Shown here: positions 11,874 through 26,900 of the stretch, one piece after another
Numbering within the stretch: position 1 is the stretch's first letter
How the letters are laid out: every line of letters starts with the position of its first letter
Assembly (NCBI GenBank): GCA_964016885.1
Contig: OZ024741.1
Span: forward strand, 99,510,001-99,574,000
Source: Eledone cirrhosa
Lineage: Eukaryota
DNA: 64,000 bases
Reading direction: 5' to 3'
Translations under genes and position numbers: made by a program
The notes under the pieces: model-generated
What the model saw: only the letters and a program-made list of their open reading frames with translations
What the model was told of the DNA's origin: nothing
Databases searched by the model: none

Positions 11874-12063
11874 GGCGGAGATTTTAGACAAACTCTCACA
11901 GTCATTCTAAAAGGCAATAGGATTGATCAAATCCGTGCATGTTTTAAAAAAAAAATCGACACTAGACATCTATCAAAGTTTTGAAGCTCGCTACAAACAT
12001 GAGGGAATATCTTGGTAGAGATGAACAATCAGTGCAGTTCGCTCAGAATCTAGTAATACTTGA
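11874..12063 (+). pseudogene. Helitron PIF1-type helicase fragment
   Basis: GGDFRQTLTVILKGNRIDQIRACFK, a frameshift in the A-run, then LKLATNMR and QFAQNLVIL. Matches the GDFRQxLPV and LxxNMR motifs of Helitron/PIF1 helicases. Confidence 0.8.
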
Positions 12064-12202
12064 GGACAGAAGACTTCCTATAGATAGAAAGGGAGCTCTT
12101 GATATAAGTCCCATAGGTAGAACCACCTCTACCACCAACAGCCCCGTACCCACTGCACGCACGCGCGCGCGCGCTACCACCTAAATCACTTCCATTTTGC
12201 GT

Positions 12203-12670
12203 GGTAGTTGACCTGGGAGAACAGTAAAGAACTGTGGGACAGGGCATTAGTTGACCTGGGATAACAAGACAGAATTATGGGAGATGGTATTAGTTGATCT
12301 GGGATAACAAGACAGGACTGTGAGACATGGCATTAGTTGACCTGGGATAACAGGCAGAATTGTGGAACATGGTATTAGTTGACCTGGAATAACAGTAAAG
12401 AATTGTGGGACATGGTATTATTTGAGCCGTATAACAAGACAGAATTGTAGGACATGGTATTAGTTGTGCTGGGATAATAAAACAGAATTGTAGGACATGG
12501 TATTAGTTGAGCCGGGATAACAAGACAGAATTGTAGGACATGGTATTAGTTAACCTGGGATAACAGTAAAGAACTATGGGAAATGGTAATAGTTGACCTG
12601 GGATAACAGGACAGAATGTTGAGTATGCTTTAGTTGGCCTGAGATAACAATATGTCATTAGGATAACAAA
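12203..12670. repeat. 43-44-bp minisatellite, about 10 copies
   Basis: Unit GACATGGTATTAGTTGACCTGGGATAACAAGACAGAATTGTAG. Confidence 0.93.
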
Positions 12671-12741
12671 TACGTGTTAGACATATCGTTAGAAACCTAA
12701 GGTAACACAATAGAACAACTATATATGTTGATTCAGAGTAA

Positions 12742-13028
12742 TCTTCTTCTTTTCTTCATCTACATATTCCTGAGCGGGTCACGGGGGAAGAGTCCTCAAA
12801 CACTCCCTCTAGCGGGTCCTGTCAGAAGCAACCGTTTCCAACTGATCTGGTTGGATCCCCAAACGTGACCATCCAAACTTATGGATGTTATTCAACTATC
12901 TTGCTCGGGGTCTACCCCTGGGTCTCCTACCTGTTGGTTTCGCCCGTAAAATCTGTCCAGCGATTCTTTCCTGAGACATTCTAACCATATGCCCGTAGTA
13001 TCGGAGCTGTTGATCTCTCAATTCGGAG
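12742..13028 (-). mobile_element. 5'-truncated RTE-like LINE 3' end
   Basis: Aligns throughout with 2607-2890 (GGTCCTGTCAGAAGCAAC, GGATCCCCAA, GGTCTACCC, GTAGTATCGGAG); (GAA)n-type tail. Confidence 0.85.
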
Positions 13029-13294
13029 TCAAAGAAATAAAATTAAAATTAAACGACTAAATAAAATTTACGGCTCACACCTATGTAGCTTTAGCTGACT
13101 TTCCAAGAGGGTGTATTTCGTAGGAGGTTTCTTGCGGTCTTTCAGAAATGGGCTCCTGTCGCTTTGAAACTTTCATGGACTGACTGCCGAAGTTATGTTA
13201 CAATACAGACAAAACATATTGTTTAACGCGGATAACACTTCGTGAACAGTTTCATATGTGATTAAAATAAACAACTATCTATTATGTATGTGTG

Positions 13295-13411
<117 letters not shown>

Positions 13412-13497
13412 ACATAAATATATATACAGAGAGAGGGGTATGTAAAATCCTGACCGCAGCGTCAAGCGGTTTCGGCTTGTATATATATATAAATACA

Positions 13498-13597
13498 CAG
13501 GGTGTCCCAAAAAATGTACACATACATCAACAGCATTCTAATAAATATTGCCTGTACAGGTAATCAAAGTGTGTATACATTTTTGGGGAACACCCTG
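13498..13597. mobile_element. Second copy of the ~100-bp Tc1/mariner MITE (opposite orientation)
   Basis: CAGGGTGTCCCAAAAAATGTACAC and GTATACATTTTTGGGGAACACCCTG|TA; interior is the reverse complement of 10389-10489. Confidence 0.85.
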
Positions 13598-14128
13598 TAT
13601 ATATAAATATATATATATGTGTGTGTGTGTGTGTAGGTGACTGTGGGTATGTATGTATGTATGACGATAAGTATGGAATATACGTTCATGATTATAATAG
13701 TTTATATATGACGTGCAGCGCTGACATCGTACACACACACACATTCACACGCACGCGCGGTGCATGTGAAACTGTATAGAAGCACGCACACACAGACACA
13801 ACGGGGAGCTATGCTGTACGCGCGTGTAAGTTGGAAAGCTTAAAGTGTGACTGACTTGTCTTAGCAACGACTGCGATTAAGATCTGTTCCTGACGAACCC
13901 ACACAACAGAATACACACAACAGCACAACACGTGTAACCACGAGGTTAACTCTTAAGGGGAACTCTTCCTATATAATTGTGAATAGCTCTATCTCTATTG
14001 CAATAAATACATTCACATCTTTATATGCACAAACATACACAAATATTCACTCAAAAACATACCCAGACATGCACACACACGAAGAAACTCACTGACACTC
14101 ACTCAGAAACACATACGTATGTGTGCAA

Positions 14129-14240
<112 letters not shown>

Positions 14241-14536
14241 CTTTGTGTAAAGTTACAAATATTTAAATGCTATTGTTGGTTTATTCATAAGTATACAGAC
14301 TTTTAATACACACGGATGTAGTTGTTTATACGCATACGCACACACACACACACACATACATAACACAGTCGTGTATATATATATGTATATATATATGTAT
14401 ATATATATATATATAAGCTTAGTAAAATCGAAGCTTTTATATATATATATACATACACACATATATATATATAAACATATATATACATACACATAAAACT
14501 ATATCGTGTGCATTTATATACATTTATATATATATA

Positions 14537-14625
14537 AAGGGTGTCCAATAAAAATGTATACACAATTTGATTACCTGTACAGACAATATTAGAATGTTGT
14601 TGAAATGTGTGTACATTTTCTGGGA

Positions 14626-14628
<3 letters not shown>
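14537..14628. mobile_element. Third copy of the ~100-bp Tc1/mariner MITE
   Basis: GGGTGTCCAATAAAAATGTATACAC and GTGTGTACATTTTCTGGGACAC, embedded in (TA)n. Confidence 0.8.
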
Positions 14629-14671
<43 letters not shown>

Positions 14672-14930
14672 TATATGCACACAACTATATACATACACGT
14701 ATATATGCATAAATAGACATAAGTGCGTGTGTGACTGTGAGAATAGGTCAAGTGGTCAAAGAAATTTATATAAACCAGGTGTTTCTTTTTGTAGTTTTTC
14801 TAATAACGAGAAGTGTAGAAGTATGGTATGATGTATCGTAATGTGAAGTGTGTGAGTAGGGGGGAGGGGGAGGGAGAAGGTGATATGTCACACTACTATC
14901 ATCACTATCATCATCATCTCCCTCGTGCAG

Positions 14931-17900
14931 TAACATCTACTGTAACAACAACAGTCGAAGCAACTAAACCTGTAGCAGCAACAACAGCAACAATAACAGT
15001 AGCAACAACAACAGCAACACTAACAGTAGCAGCAACAACAGCAACAATAACAGTAGCTACAACAACAACTGTAGCAACAACAACAGCAACAATAACAGTA
15101 GCTACAACAACAACTGTAACAACAACAACAGCAACAATAACAGTAGCTACAACAACAACAGTAGCAACAACAACAACAATAACAGTAGCAACAACAACAA
15201 CTGTAGCAGCAACAACAGCAACAATAACAGTAGCAACAACAACAACTGTAGCAGCAACAACAGCAACAATAACAGTAGCAACAACAACAACAACTGTAGC
15301 AACAACAACAACAACAATAACAGTATCAACAACAACTGTAGCAGCAACAACAGCAACAATATCAGTAGCAACAACAACAACAGTAGCAACAACAACAGCA
15401 ACAATAACAGTAGCAACAACAACAACTGTAGCAGCAACAACAGCAACAATAACAGTAGCAAAAACAACAACTGTAACAGTAGCAACAACGACAACAACTG
15501 TAGCAGCAACAACAGCAACAATAACAGTAGCAACAACAACAACAATAACAATAGCAACAACAACAACTGTAGCAGCAACAACAGCAAAAATAACAGTAGC
15601 AACAACAACAGCAACAATAACAGTAGCAACAACAACAACTGTAGCAACAACAATAACAGTAGCAACAACAACAACTGTAGCAACAACAACAGCAACAATA
15701 ACAGTAGCAACAACAACAACTGTAGCAGCAACAACAGCAACAATAACAGTAGCAACAACAACTGTAGCAGCAACAACAGCAACAATAACAGTAGCAACAA
15801 CAACAACTGTAGCAGCAACAACAGCAACAATAACAGTAGCAACAACAACAACAACTGTAGCAGCAACAACAGCAACAATAACAGTAGCAACAACAACAAC
15901 TGTAGCAACAACAACAAAAATAACAACAACTGTAACAACGAGAACAACAACAATAACAGTAGCAACAACAACAACTGTAGCAGCAACAACAGCAACAATA
16001 ACAGTAGCAACAACAACAACAACAGTAGCAACAACAACAGCAACAATAACAGTAGCAACAACAACAACTGTAGCAGCAACAACAGCAACAATAACAGTAG
16101 CAACAACAACAACTGTAGCAGCAACAACAGCAACAATAACAGTAGCAACAACAACAACTGTAGCAGCAACAACAACAACAATAACATTAGCTACAACAAC
16201 AACAGTAGCAACAACAGCAACAATAACAGTAGCAACAACAATAACAGTAGCAACAACAGCAACAATAACAGTAGATACAACAACAACTGTAGCAACAACA
16301 ACAACTGTAACAACAACAACAGCAACAATAACAGTAGCAACAACAACAACTGTAGCAGCAACAACAGCAACAATAACAGTAGCTACAACAACAACTGTAG
16401 CAGCAACAACAGCAACAATAACAGTAGCAACAACAACAACTGTAGCAGCAACAACAGCAACAATAACAGTAGCTACAACAACAACTGTAGCAGCAACAAC
16501 AGCAACAATAACAGTAGCAACAACAACAACTGTAGCAGCAACAACAGCAACAATAACAGTAGCAACAACAACAACTGTAGCAACAACAACAACAATAACA
16601 GTAGCAACAACAACTGTAGCAGCAACAACAGCAACAATAACAGTAGCAACAACAACAACTGTAACAACGAGAACAACAACAATAACAGTAGCAACAACAA
16701 CTGTAGCAGCAACAACAGCAACAATAACAGTAGCAACAACAACAACAACAGCAACAATAACAGTAGCAACAACAACAACTGTAGCAGCAACAACAGCAAC
16801 AATAACAGTAGCAACAACAACAACTGTAGCAGCAACAACAGCAACAATAACAGTAGCAACAACAACAACTGTAGCAGCAACAACAACAACAATAACATTA
16901 GCTACAACAACAACAGTAGCAACAACAGCAACAATAACAGTAGCAACAACAATAACAGTAGCAACAACAGCAACAATAACAGTAGATACAACAACAACTG
17001 TAGCAACAACAACAACTGTAACAACAACAACAGCAACAATAACAGTAGCAACAACAACAACTGTAGCAGCAACAACAGCAACAATAACAGTAGCTACAAC
17101 AACAACTGTAGCAGCAACAACAGCAACAATAACAGTAGCAACAACAACAACTGTAGCAGCAACAACAGCAACAATAACAGTAGCTACAACAACAACTGTA
17201 GCAGCAACAACAGCAACAATAACAGTAGCAACAACAACAACTGTAGCAGCAACAACAGCAACAATAACAGTAGCAACAACAACAACTGTAGCAACAACAA
17301 CAACAATAACAGTAGCAACAACAACTGTAGCAGCAACAACAGCAACAATAACAGTAGCAACAACAACAACTGTAGCAACAACAACAACAACAATAACAGT
17401 AGCAACAACAACTGTAGCAGCAACAACAGCAACAATAACAGTAGCAACAACAACAACTGTAGCAACAACAACAACAACAATAACAGTAGCAACAACAACA
17501 ACTGTAGCAGCAACAACAGCAACAATAACAGTAGCAACAACAACAACTGTAGCAGCAACAACAGCAACAATAACAGTAGCAACAACAACAACTGTAGCAA
17601 CAACAACAGCAACAATAACAGTAGCAACAACAACTGTAGCAGCAACAACAGCAACAATAACAGGAGCAACAACAACAACTGTAACAACAACAACAACAAC
17701 AATAACAGTAGCAACAACAACTGTAACAACAACAACAGCAACAATAACAGTAGCAACAACAACTGTAGCAGCAACAACAGCAACAATAACAGTAGCAACA
17801 ACAACAACTGTAACAACAACAACAATAACAGTAGCAACAACAACTGTAGCAGCAACAACAGCAACAATAACAGTAGCAACAACAACAACTGTAACAACAA

Positions 17901-20900
17901 CAACAGCAACAATAACAGTAGCAACAACAACAACTGTAGCAGCAACAACAGAAACAATAACAGTAGCAACAACAACAACTGTAGCAACAACAACAGCAAC
18001 AATAACAGTAGCAACAACAACAACTGTAGCAGCAACAACAGCAACAATAACAGTAGCAACAACAACAACTGTAGCAGCAACAACAGCAAAAATAACAGTA
18101 GCAACAACAACAACTGTAGCAGCAACAACAGCAACAGTAACAGTAGCAACAACAACAACTGTAGCAGCAACAACAGCAACAATAACAGTAGCAGTAACAA
18201 CAACTGTAGCAACAACAACAACAACAATAACAGTAGCAACAACAACTGTAGCAGCAACAACAACAACAATAACAGTAGCAACAACAACAACTGTAGCAGC
18301 AACAACAGCAACAATAACAGTAGCAACAACAACAACTGTAGCAGCAACAACAACAACAATAAGAGTATCAACAACAACAACTGTAACAACAACAACAGCA
18401 AAAATAACAGTAGCAACAACAACAACTGTAGCAACAACAATAACAGTAGCAACAACAACAGTAGCAACAACAACAACTGTAGCAGCAACAACAGCAACAA
18501 TAACAGTAGCAACAACAACAACTGTAGCAGCAACAACAGCAACAATAACAGTAGCAACAACAACAACTGTAGCAGCAACAACAGCAACAATAACAGTAGC
18601 AACAACAACTGTAGCAGCAACAACAGCAACAATAACAGTAGCAACAACAACAACTGTAGCAGCGACAACAACAACAATAACAGTAGCAACAACAACAACT
18701 GTAACAACAACAACAGCAACAATAACAGTAGCAACAACAACAACTGTAACAACAACAACAGCAACAATAACAGTAGCAACAACAACAACTGTAACAACAA
18801 CAACAACAGCAACTGTAACAAACACAACAGCAACAATAACAGTAGCAACAACAACAACTGTAACAACAACAACAACAATAACAGTAGCAACAACAACAAC
18901 TGTAGCAACAACAACAGCAACAATAACAGTAGCAACAACAACTGTAGCAGCAAAACAGCAACAATAACAGGAGCAACAACAACAACTGTAACAACAACAA
19001 CAACAACAACAATAACAGTAGCAACAACAACTGTAACAACAACAACAGCAACAATAACAGTAGCAACAACAACTGTAGCAGCAACAACAGCAACAATAAC
19101 AGTAGCAACAACAACAACTGTAACAACAACAACAACAACAATAACAGTAGCAACAACAACTGTAGCAGCAACAACAGAAACAATAACAGTAGCAACAACA
19201 ACAACTGTAACAACAACAACAGCAACAATAACAGTAACAACAACAACAACTGTAGCAGCAACAACAGAAACAATAACAGTAGCAACAACAACAACTGTAG
19301 CAACAACAACAACAACAATAACAGTAGCAACAACAACAACTGTAGCAGCAACAACAGCAACAATAACAGTAGCAACAACAACAACTGTAGCAGCAACAAC
19401 AGCAAAAATAACAGTAGCAACAACAACAACTGTAGCAGCAACAACAGCAACAGTAACAGTAGCAACAACAACAACTGTAGCAGCAACAACAGCAACAATA
19501 ACAGTAGCAGTAACAACAACTGTAGCAACAACAACAACAACAATAACAGTAGCAACAGCAACTGTAGCAGCAACAACAACAACAATAACAGTAGAAACAA
19601 CAACAACTGTAGCAGCAACAACAGCAAAAATAACAGTAGCAACAACAACAACTGTAGCAGCAACAACAACAACAATAACAGTAGCAACAACAACAACAAT
19701 AACAGTAGCAGCAACAACAGCAACAATAACAGTAGCAACAACAACAACTGTAGCAGCAACAACAACAACAATAAGAGTAGCAACAACAACAACTGTAACA
19801 ACAACAACAACAGCAACAACAATAGTAGCAACAACAACAACTGTAGCAACAACAATAACTGTAGCAACAACAATAACAGTAGCAACAACAACAACAACTG
19901 TAACAACAACAACAGCAACAATAACAGTAGCAACAACAACAACTGTAACAACAACAACAGCAACAATAACAGTAGCAACAACAACAACTGTAACAACAAC
20001 AACAACAACAATAACAGTAGCAACAACAACAACTGTAGCAGCAACAAAAAAACAATAACAGTAGCAACAACAACTGTAGAAACAACAACAACAACAACAA
20101 TAACAGTAGCAACAACAACTGTAGCAGCAACAACAGCAACAATAACAGTAGCAACAACAACAACTGTAGCAACAACAACAACAACAATAACAGTAGCAAC
20201 AACAACAACTGTAACAACAACAACAGCAACGATAACAGTAGCAACAACAACAACTGTAACAACAACAACAACAATAACAGTAGCAACAACAACAACTGTA
20301 GCAGCAACAAAAAAACAATAACATTAGCAACAACAACAACTGTAGCAGCAACAACAGCAACAATAACTGTAGCAACAACAACAACTGTAGCAACAACAAC
20401 AACAATAACAGTAGCAACAACAACAACTGTAACAACAACAACAGCAACAATAACAGTAGCAACAACAACAAATGTAGCAGCAACAACAGCAACGATAACA
20501 GTAGCAACAACAACAACTGTAGCAACAACAACAACAATAACAGTAGCAACAACAACTGTAGCAGCAACAACAGCAACAATAACAGTAGCTACAACAACAA
20601 CAGTAGCAACAACAACAGCAACAATAACAGTAGCTACAACAACAACAGTAGCAACAACAACAGCAACAATAACAGTAGCATCAACAACAACTGTAGCAGC
20701 AACAACAGCAACAATAAGAGCAACAACAACTGTAGCAGCAACAGCAGCAACAATAACAGTAGCAACAACAACAACTGTAGCAGCAACAGCAGCAACAATA
20801 ACAGTAGCAACAACAACAACTGTAGCAGCAACAACAGCAACAATAACAGCAACAACAACTGTAGCAGCAGCAACAGCAACGATAACAGTAGCAACAACAA

Positions 20901-23900
20901 CTGTAGCAGCAACAACAACAATAACAGTAGCTACAACAACAACAGTAGCAACAACAACAGCAACAATAACAGTAGCAACAACAATAACAGTAGCAACAAC
21001 AACTGTAGAAACAACAACAACAGCAACAATAACAGTAGCGACAACAACAACTGTAGCAGCAACCAGAACAACAATAACAGTATCAACAACTACAACTGTA
21101 GCAGCAACAACAGCAACAATAACAGTAGCAACAACAATAACTGGAGCAGCAACAACAACAACAATAACAGTAGCAACAACAACAACAACAACAACAATAA
21201 CAGTAGCTACAACAACAACTGAAGCAGCAACAACAGCAACAATAACAGTAGCTACAACAACAACTGTAGCAGCAACAACAACATCAATAACAGTAGCAAC
21301 AACAACAACTGTAGCAACAACAACAGCAACAATAACAGTAGCAACAACAACTGTAGCAGCAACAACAGCAAAAATAACAGTAGCAACAACAACAACTGTA
21401 GCAGCAACAACAACAACAATAACAGTAGCAACAACAACAACAATAACAGTAGCAGCAACAACAGCAACAATAACAGTAGCAACAACAACAACTGTAGCAA
21501 CAACAACAATAAGAGTAGCAACAACAACAACTGTAGCAACAACAACAGCAACAATAACAGTAGCAACAACAACAACTGTAGCAACAACAATAACAGTAGC
21601 AACAACAACAGTAGCAACAACAACAACTGTAGCAGCAACAACAGCAACAATAACAGTAGCAACAACAACAACTGTAGCAGCAACAACAGCAACAATAACA
21701 GTAGCCACAACAACAACTGTAGCAGCAACAACAGCAACAATAACAGTAGCAACAACAACTGTAGCAGCAACAACAGCAACAATAACAGTAGCAACAACAA
21801 CAACTGTAGCAGCGACAACAACAACAATAACAGTAGCAACAACAACAACTGTAACAACAACAACAGCAACAATAACAGTAGCAACAACAACAACTGTAAC
21901 AACAACAACAGCAACAATAACAGTAGCAACAACAACAACTGTAACAACAACAACAAAAACAATAACAGTAGCAACAACAACAACTGTAGCAGCAACAAAA
22001 AAACAATAACAGTAGCAACAACAACTGTAGAAACAACAACAACAACAACAATAACAGTAGCAACAACAACTGTAGCAGCAACAACAGCAACAATAACAGT
22101 AGCAACAACAACAACTGTAGCAACAACAACAACAACAATAACAGTAGCAACAACAACAACTGTAACAACAACAACAGCAACAATAACAGTAGCAACAACA
22201 ACAACTGTAACAACAACAACAACAATAACAGTAGCAACAACAACAACTGTAGCAGCAACAAAAAAACAATAACATTAGCAACAACAACAACTGTAGCAGC
22301 AACAACAGCAACAATAACTGTAGCAACAACAACAACTGTAGCAACAACAACAACAATAACAGTAGCAACAACAACAACTGTAACAACAACAACAGCAACA
22401 ATAACAGTAGCAACAACAACAAATGTAGCAGCAACAACAGCAACAATAACAGTAGCAACAACAACAACTGTAGCAACAACAACAACAATAACAGTAGCAA
22501 CAACAACTGTAGCAGCAACAACAGCAACAATAACAGTAGCTACAACAACAACAGTAGCAACAACAACAGCAACAATAACAGTAGCTACAACAACAACAGT
22601 AGCTACAACAACAGCAACAATAACAGTAGCATCAACAACAACTGTAGCAGCAACAACAGCAACAATAAGAGCAACAACAACTGTAGCAGCAACAGCAGCA
22701 ACAATAACAGTAGCAACAACAACAACTGTAGCAGCAACAGCAGCAACAATAACAGTAGCAACAACAACAACTGTAGCAGCAACAACAGCAACAATAACAG
22801 CAACAACAACTGTAGCAGCAGCAACAGCAACGATAACAGTAGCAACAACAACAATAACAGTAGCTACAACAACAACAGTAGCAACAACAATAACAGTAGC
22901 AACAACAACTGTAGAAACAACAACAGCAACAATAACAGTAGCGACAACAACAACTGTAGCAGCAACCACAACAACAATAATAGTATCAACAACAACAACT
23001 GTAGCAGCAACAACAGCAACAATAACAGTAGCAACAACAATAACTGGAGCAGCAACAACAACAACAATAACAGTAGCAACAACAACAACAACAACAACAA
23101 TAACAGTAGCTACAACAACAACTGAAGCAGCAACAACAGCAACAATAACAGTAGCTACAACAACAACTGTAGCAGCAGCAACAACATCAATAACAGTAGC
23201 AACAACAACAACTGTAGCAACAACAACAGCAACAATAACAGTAGCAACAACAAGAACTGTAGCAACAACAACAACAACAATAACAGTAGCTACAACAACA
23301 ACTGTAGCAGCAACAACAGCAACAATAACAGTAGCAACAACAACAACTGTAGCAACAACAACAGCAACAATAACAGTAGCTACAACAACAACAGTAGCAG
23401 CAACAACAGCAACAATAACAGTAGCAACAACAACTGTAGCAGCAACAGCAGCAACAATAACAGTAGCAACAACAACAACTGTAGCAACAACAACAGCAAC
23501 AGTAACAGTAGCTACAACAACAACAGTAGCAGCAACAACAGCAACAATAACAGTAGCTACAACAACAACAACAGTAGCAGCAACAACAGCAACAGTAACA
23601 GTAGCAACAACAACAACTGTAGCAGCAACAACAGCAACAATAACAGTAGCAACAACAACAACAACAATAACAGTAGCAACAACAACAACAGTAGCAACAA
23701 CAACAGCAACAATAACAGTAGCAACAACAACAGTAGCAGCAACAACAGCAACAATAACAGTAGCTACAACAACAACAGTAGCAGCAACAACAGCAACAAT
23801 AACAGTAGCAACAACAACTGTAGCAGCAACAACAACAACAATAACAGTAGCTACAACAACAACAGTAGCAGCAACAACAGCAACAATAACAGTAGCTACA

Positions 23901-26900
23901 ACAACAACAGTAGCAGCAACAACAGCAACAATAACAGTAGCTACAACAACAACAGTAGCAGCAACAACAGCAACAATAACAGTAGCAACAACAACTGTAG
24001 CAGCAACAACAGCAACAATAAGAGTAGCAACAACAACAACTGTAACAACAACAACAGCAACAATAACAGTAGCAACAACAACAACTGTAGCAACAACAAC
24101 AACAACAATAACAGTAGCAACAACAGCAACAATAACAGTAGCAACACCAACTGTAGCAATGACAACAGCAACAATAACAGTAGCAACAACAACAACTGTA
24201 GCAGCAACAACAGCAACAATAACAGTAGCAACAACAACTGTAGCAACAACAGCAACAGTAACAGTAGCTACAACAACAACTGTAGCAACAACAACAACAA
24301 CAATAACAGTAGCAACAACAACTGTAGCAGCAACAACAGCAACAATAACAGTAGCAACAACAACTACTGTAGCAGCAACAACAACAACAATAACAGTAGC
24401 AACAACAACAACTGTAGCAACAACAACAACAACAACAATAACAGTAGCAACAACAACAACTGTAGCAGCAACCACAGCAACAATAACAGTAGCAACAACA
24501 ACAACTGTAGCAACAACAACAGCAACAATAACAGTAGCAACAACAACAACTGTAGCAACAACAACAATAACAGTAGCAACAACAACAACTGTTGCAGCAA
24601 CAACAGCAACAGTAACAGTAGCAACAACAACAATTGGAGCAACAACAACAACAATAACAGTAGCAACAACAACAACTGTAGCAACAACAACAGCAACAAT
24701 AACAGTAGCAACACCAACAACTGTAGCAACAACAACAACAACAATAACAGTAGTAACAACAACAACTGTAGCAACAACAAGAGCAACAATAACAGTAGCA
24801 ACAACAACAACTGTAGCAACAACAACAGCAACAATAACAGTAGCAACACCAACAACTGTAGCAACACCAACAACAACAATAACAGTAGTAACAACAATAA
24901 CTGTAGCAACAACAACAGCAACAATAACAGTAGCAACACCAACAACTGTAGCAACAACAACAACAACAACAATAACAGTAGCAACAACAACAACTGTAGC
25001 AACAACAACAGCAACAATAACAGTAGCAACACCAACAACTGTAGCAACAACAACAACAACAACAATAACAGTAGTAACAACAACAACTGTAGCAACAACA
25101 ACAGCAACAATAACAGTAGCAACACCAACAACTGTAGCAACAACAACAACAACAATAACAGTAGCAACAACAACAAATGTAGCAACAACAACAGCAACAA
25201 TAACAGTAGCAACAACAACAACTGTAGTAGGAACAACAGCAACAATAACGGTAGCAACAACAACAACTGTAGCAGCAACAACAGTAACAATAACAGTAGC
25301 AACAACAACAACTGTAGGAACAATAACAACGACAATAACAGTAGCATCAACAACAAATGTAGCAACAACAACAGCAACAATAACAGTAGCAACAACAACA
25401 AATGTAGCAACAACAACAGCAACAATAACAGTAGCAACAACAACAACTGTAGTAGGAACAACAGCAACAATAACAGTAGCAACAACAACAACTGTAGCAG
25501 CAACAACAGTAACAATAACAGTAGCAACAACAACAACTGTAACAACAACAACAGCAACAATTACAGTAGCAACAACAACAACTGTAGCAGTAACAACAGC
25601 AACAATAACAGTAGCAACAACAACAACTGTAACAACAACAACAGCAACAATAACAGTAGCAACAACAACAACTGTCGCAACAACAACAACAACAATAACA
25701 GTAGCATCAACAACTGTAGCAGTAACAACAGCAACAATAACAGTAGCAACAACAACAACTGTAGCAGCAACAACAACGACAATAACAGTTGCATCAACAA
25801 CTGTAGCAGTAACAACAGCAACAATAACAGTAGCAACAACAACAACTGTAACAACAACAACAGCAACAATAACAGTAGCAACAACAACAACTGTAGCAAC
25901 AACAACAACAACAACAATAACAGTAGCAACAACAACAACAATAACAGTAGCAACAACAACAACAGCATCAATAACAGTAGCAACAACAACAACTGTAGCA
26001 ACAACAACAACAACAACAACAGTAGCAACAACAACAACTGTAGCAACAACAACAACAATAACAGTAGCAACAACAACAACAATAACAGTAGCAACAACAA
26101 CAACTGTAGCAACAACAACAGCAACAATAACAGTAGCAACAACAACAACTGTAGCAACAACAACAACAACAACAATAACAGTAGCAACAACAACAACTGT
26201 TGCAGCAACAACAGCAACAGTAACAGTAGCAACAACAACAATTGTAGCAACAACAACAACAACAATAACAGTAGCAACAACAACAACTGTAACAACAACA
26301 ACAGCAACAATAACAGTAGCAACAACAACAACTGTAGCAACAACAACAACAACAATAACAGTAGCAACAACAGCAACAATAACAGTAGCAACACCAACTG
26401 TAGCAATGGCAACAGCAACAATAACAGTAGCCACAACAACAACTGTAGCAGCAACAACAGCAACAATAACAGTAGCAACAACAACAACTGTAACAACAAC
26501 AACAGCAACAATAACAGTAGCAACAACAACAACTGTAGCAACAACAACAGCAACAATAACAGTAGCAACAACAATAACTGTAGCAACAACAACAGCAACA
26601 ATAACAGTAGCAACAACAACAACTGTAGCAGCAACAACAGCAACAATAACAGTAGCAACAACAACAACTGTAACAACAACAACAGCAACAATAACAGTAG
26701 CAACAACAACTGTAGCAACAACAGCAACAGTAACAGTAGCTACAACAACAACTGTAGCAGCAAAAACAGCAACAATAACAGTAGCAACAACAACTGTAGC
26801 AGCAACAACAGCAACAATAACAGTAGCAACAACAACAACTGTAGCAGCAACAACAACAACAATAACAGTAGCGAAAACAACAACTGTAGCAACAACAACA

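Noticed and set aside
14828-14930. ATG start of the 1379-aa ORF (MMYRNVKC...HHYHHH)
   Set aside because: No signal peptide; the segment is GA- and CAT-type simple repeat that happens to be in frame.
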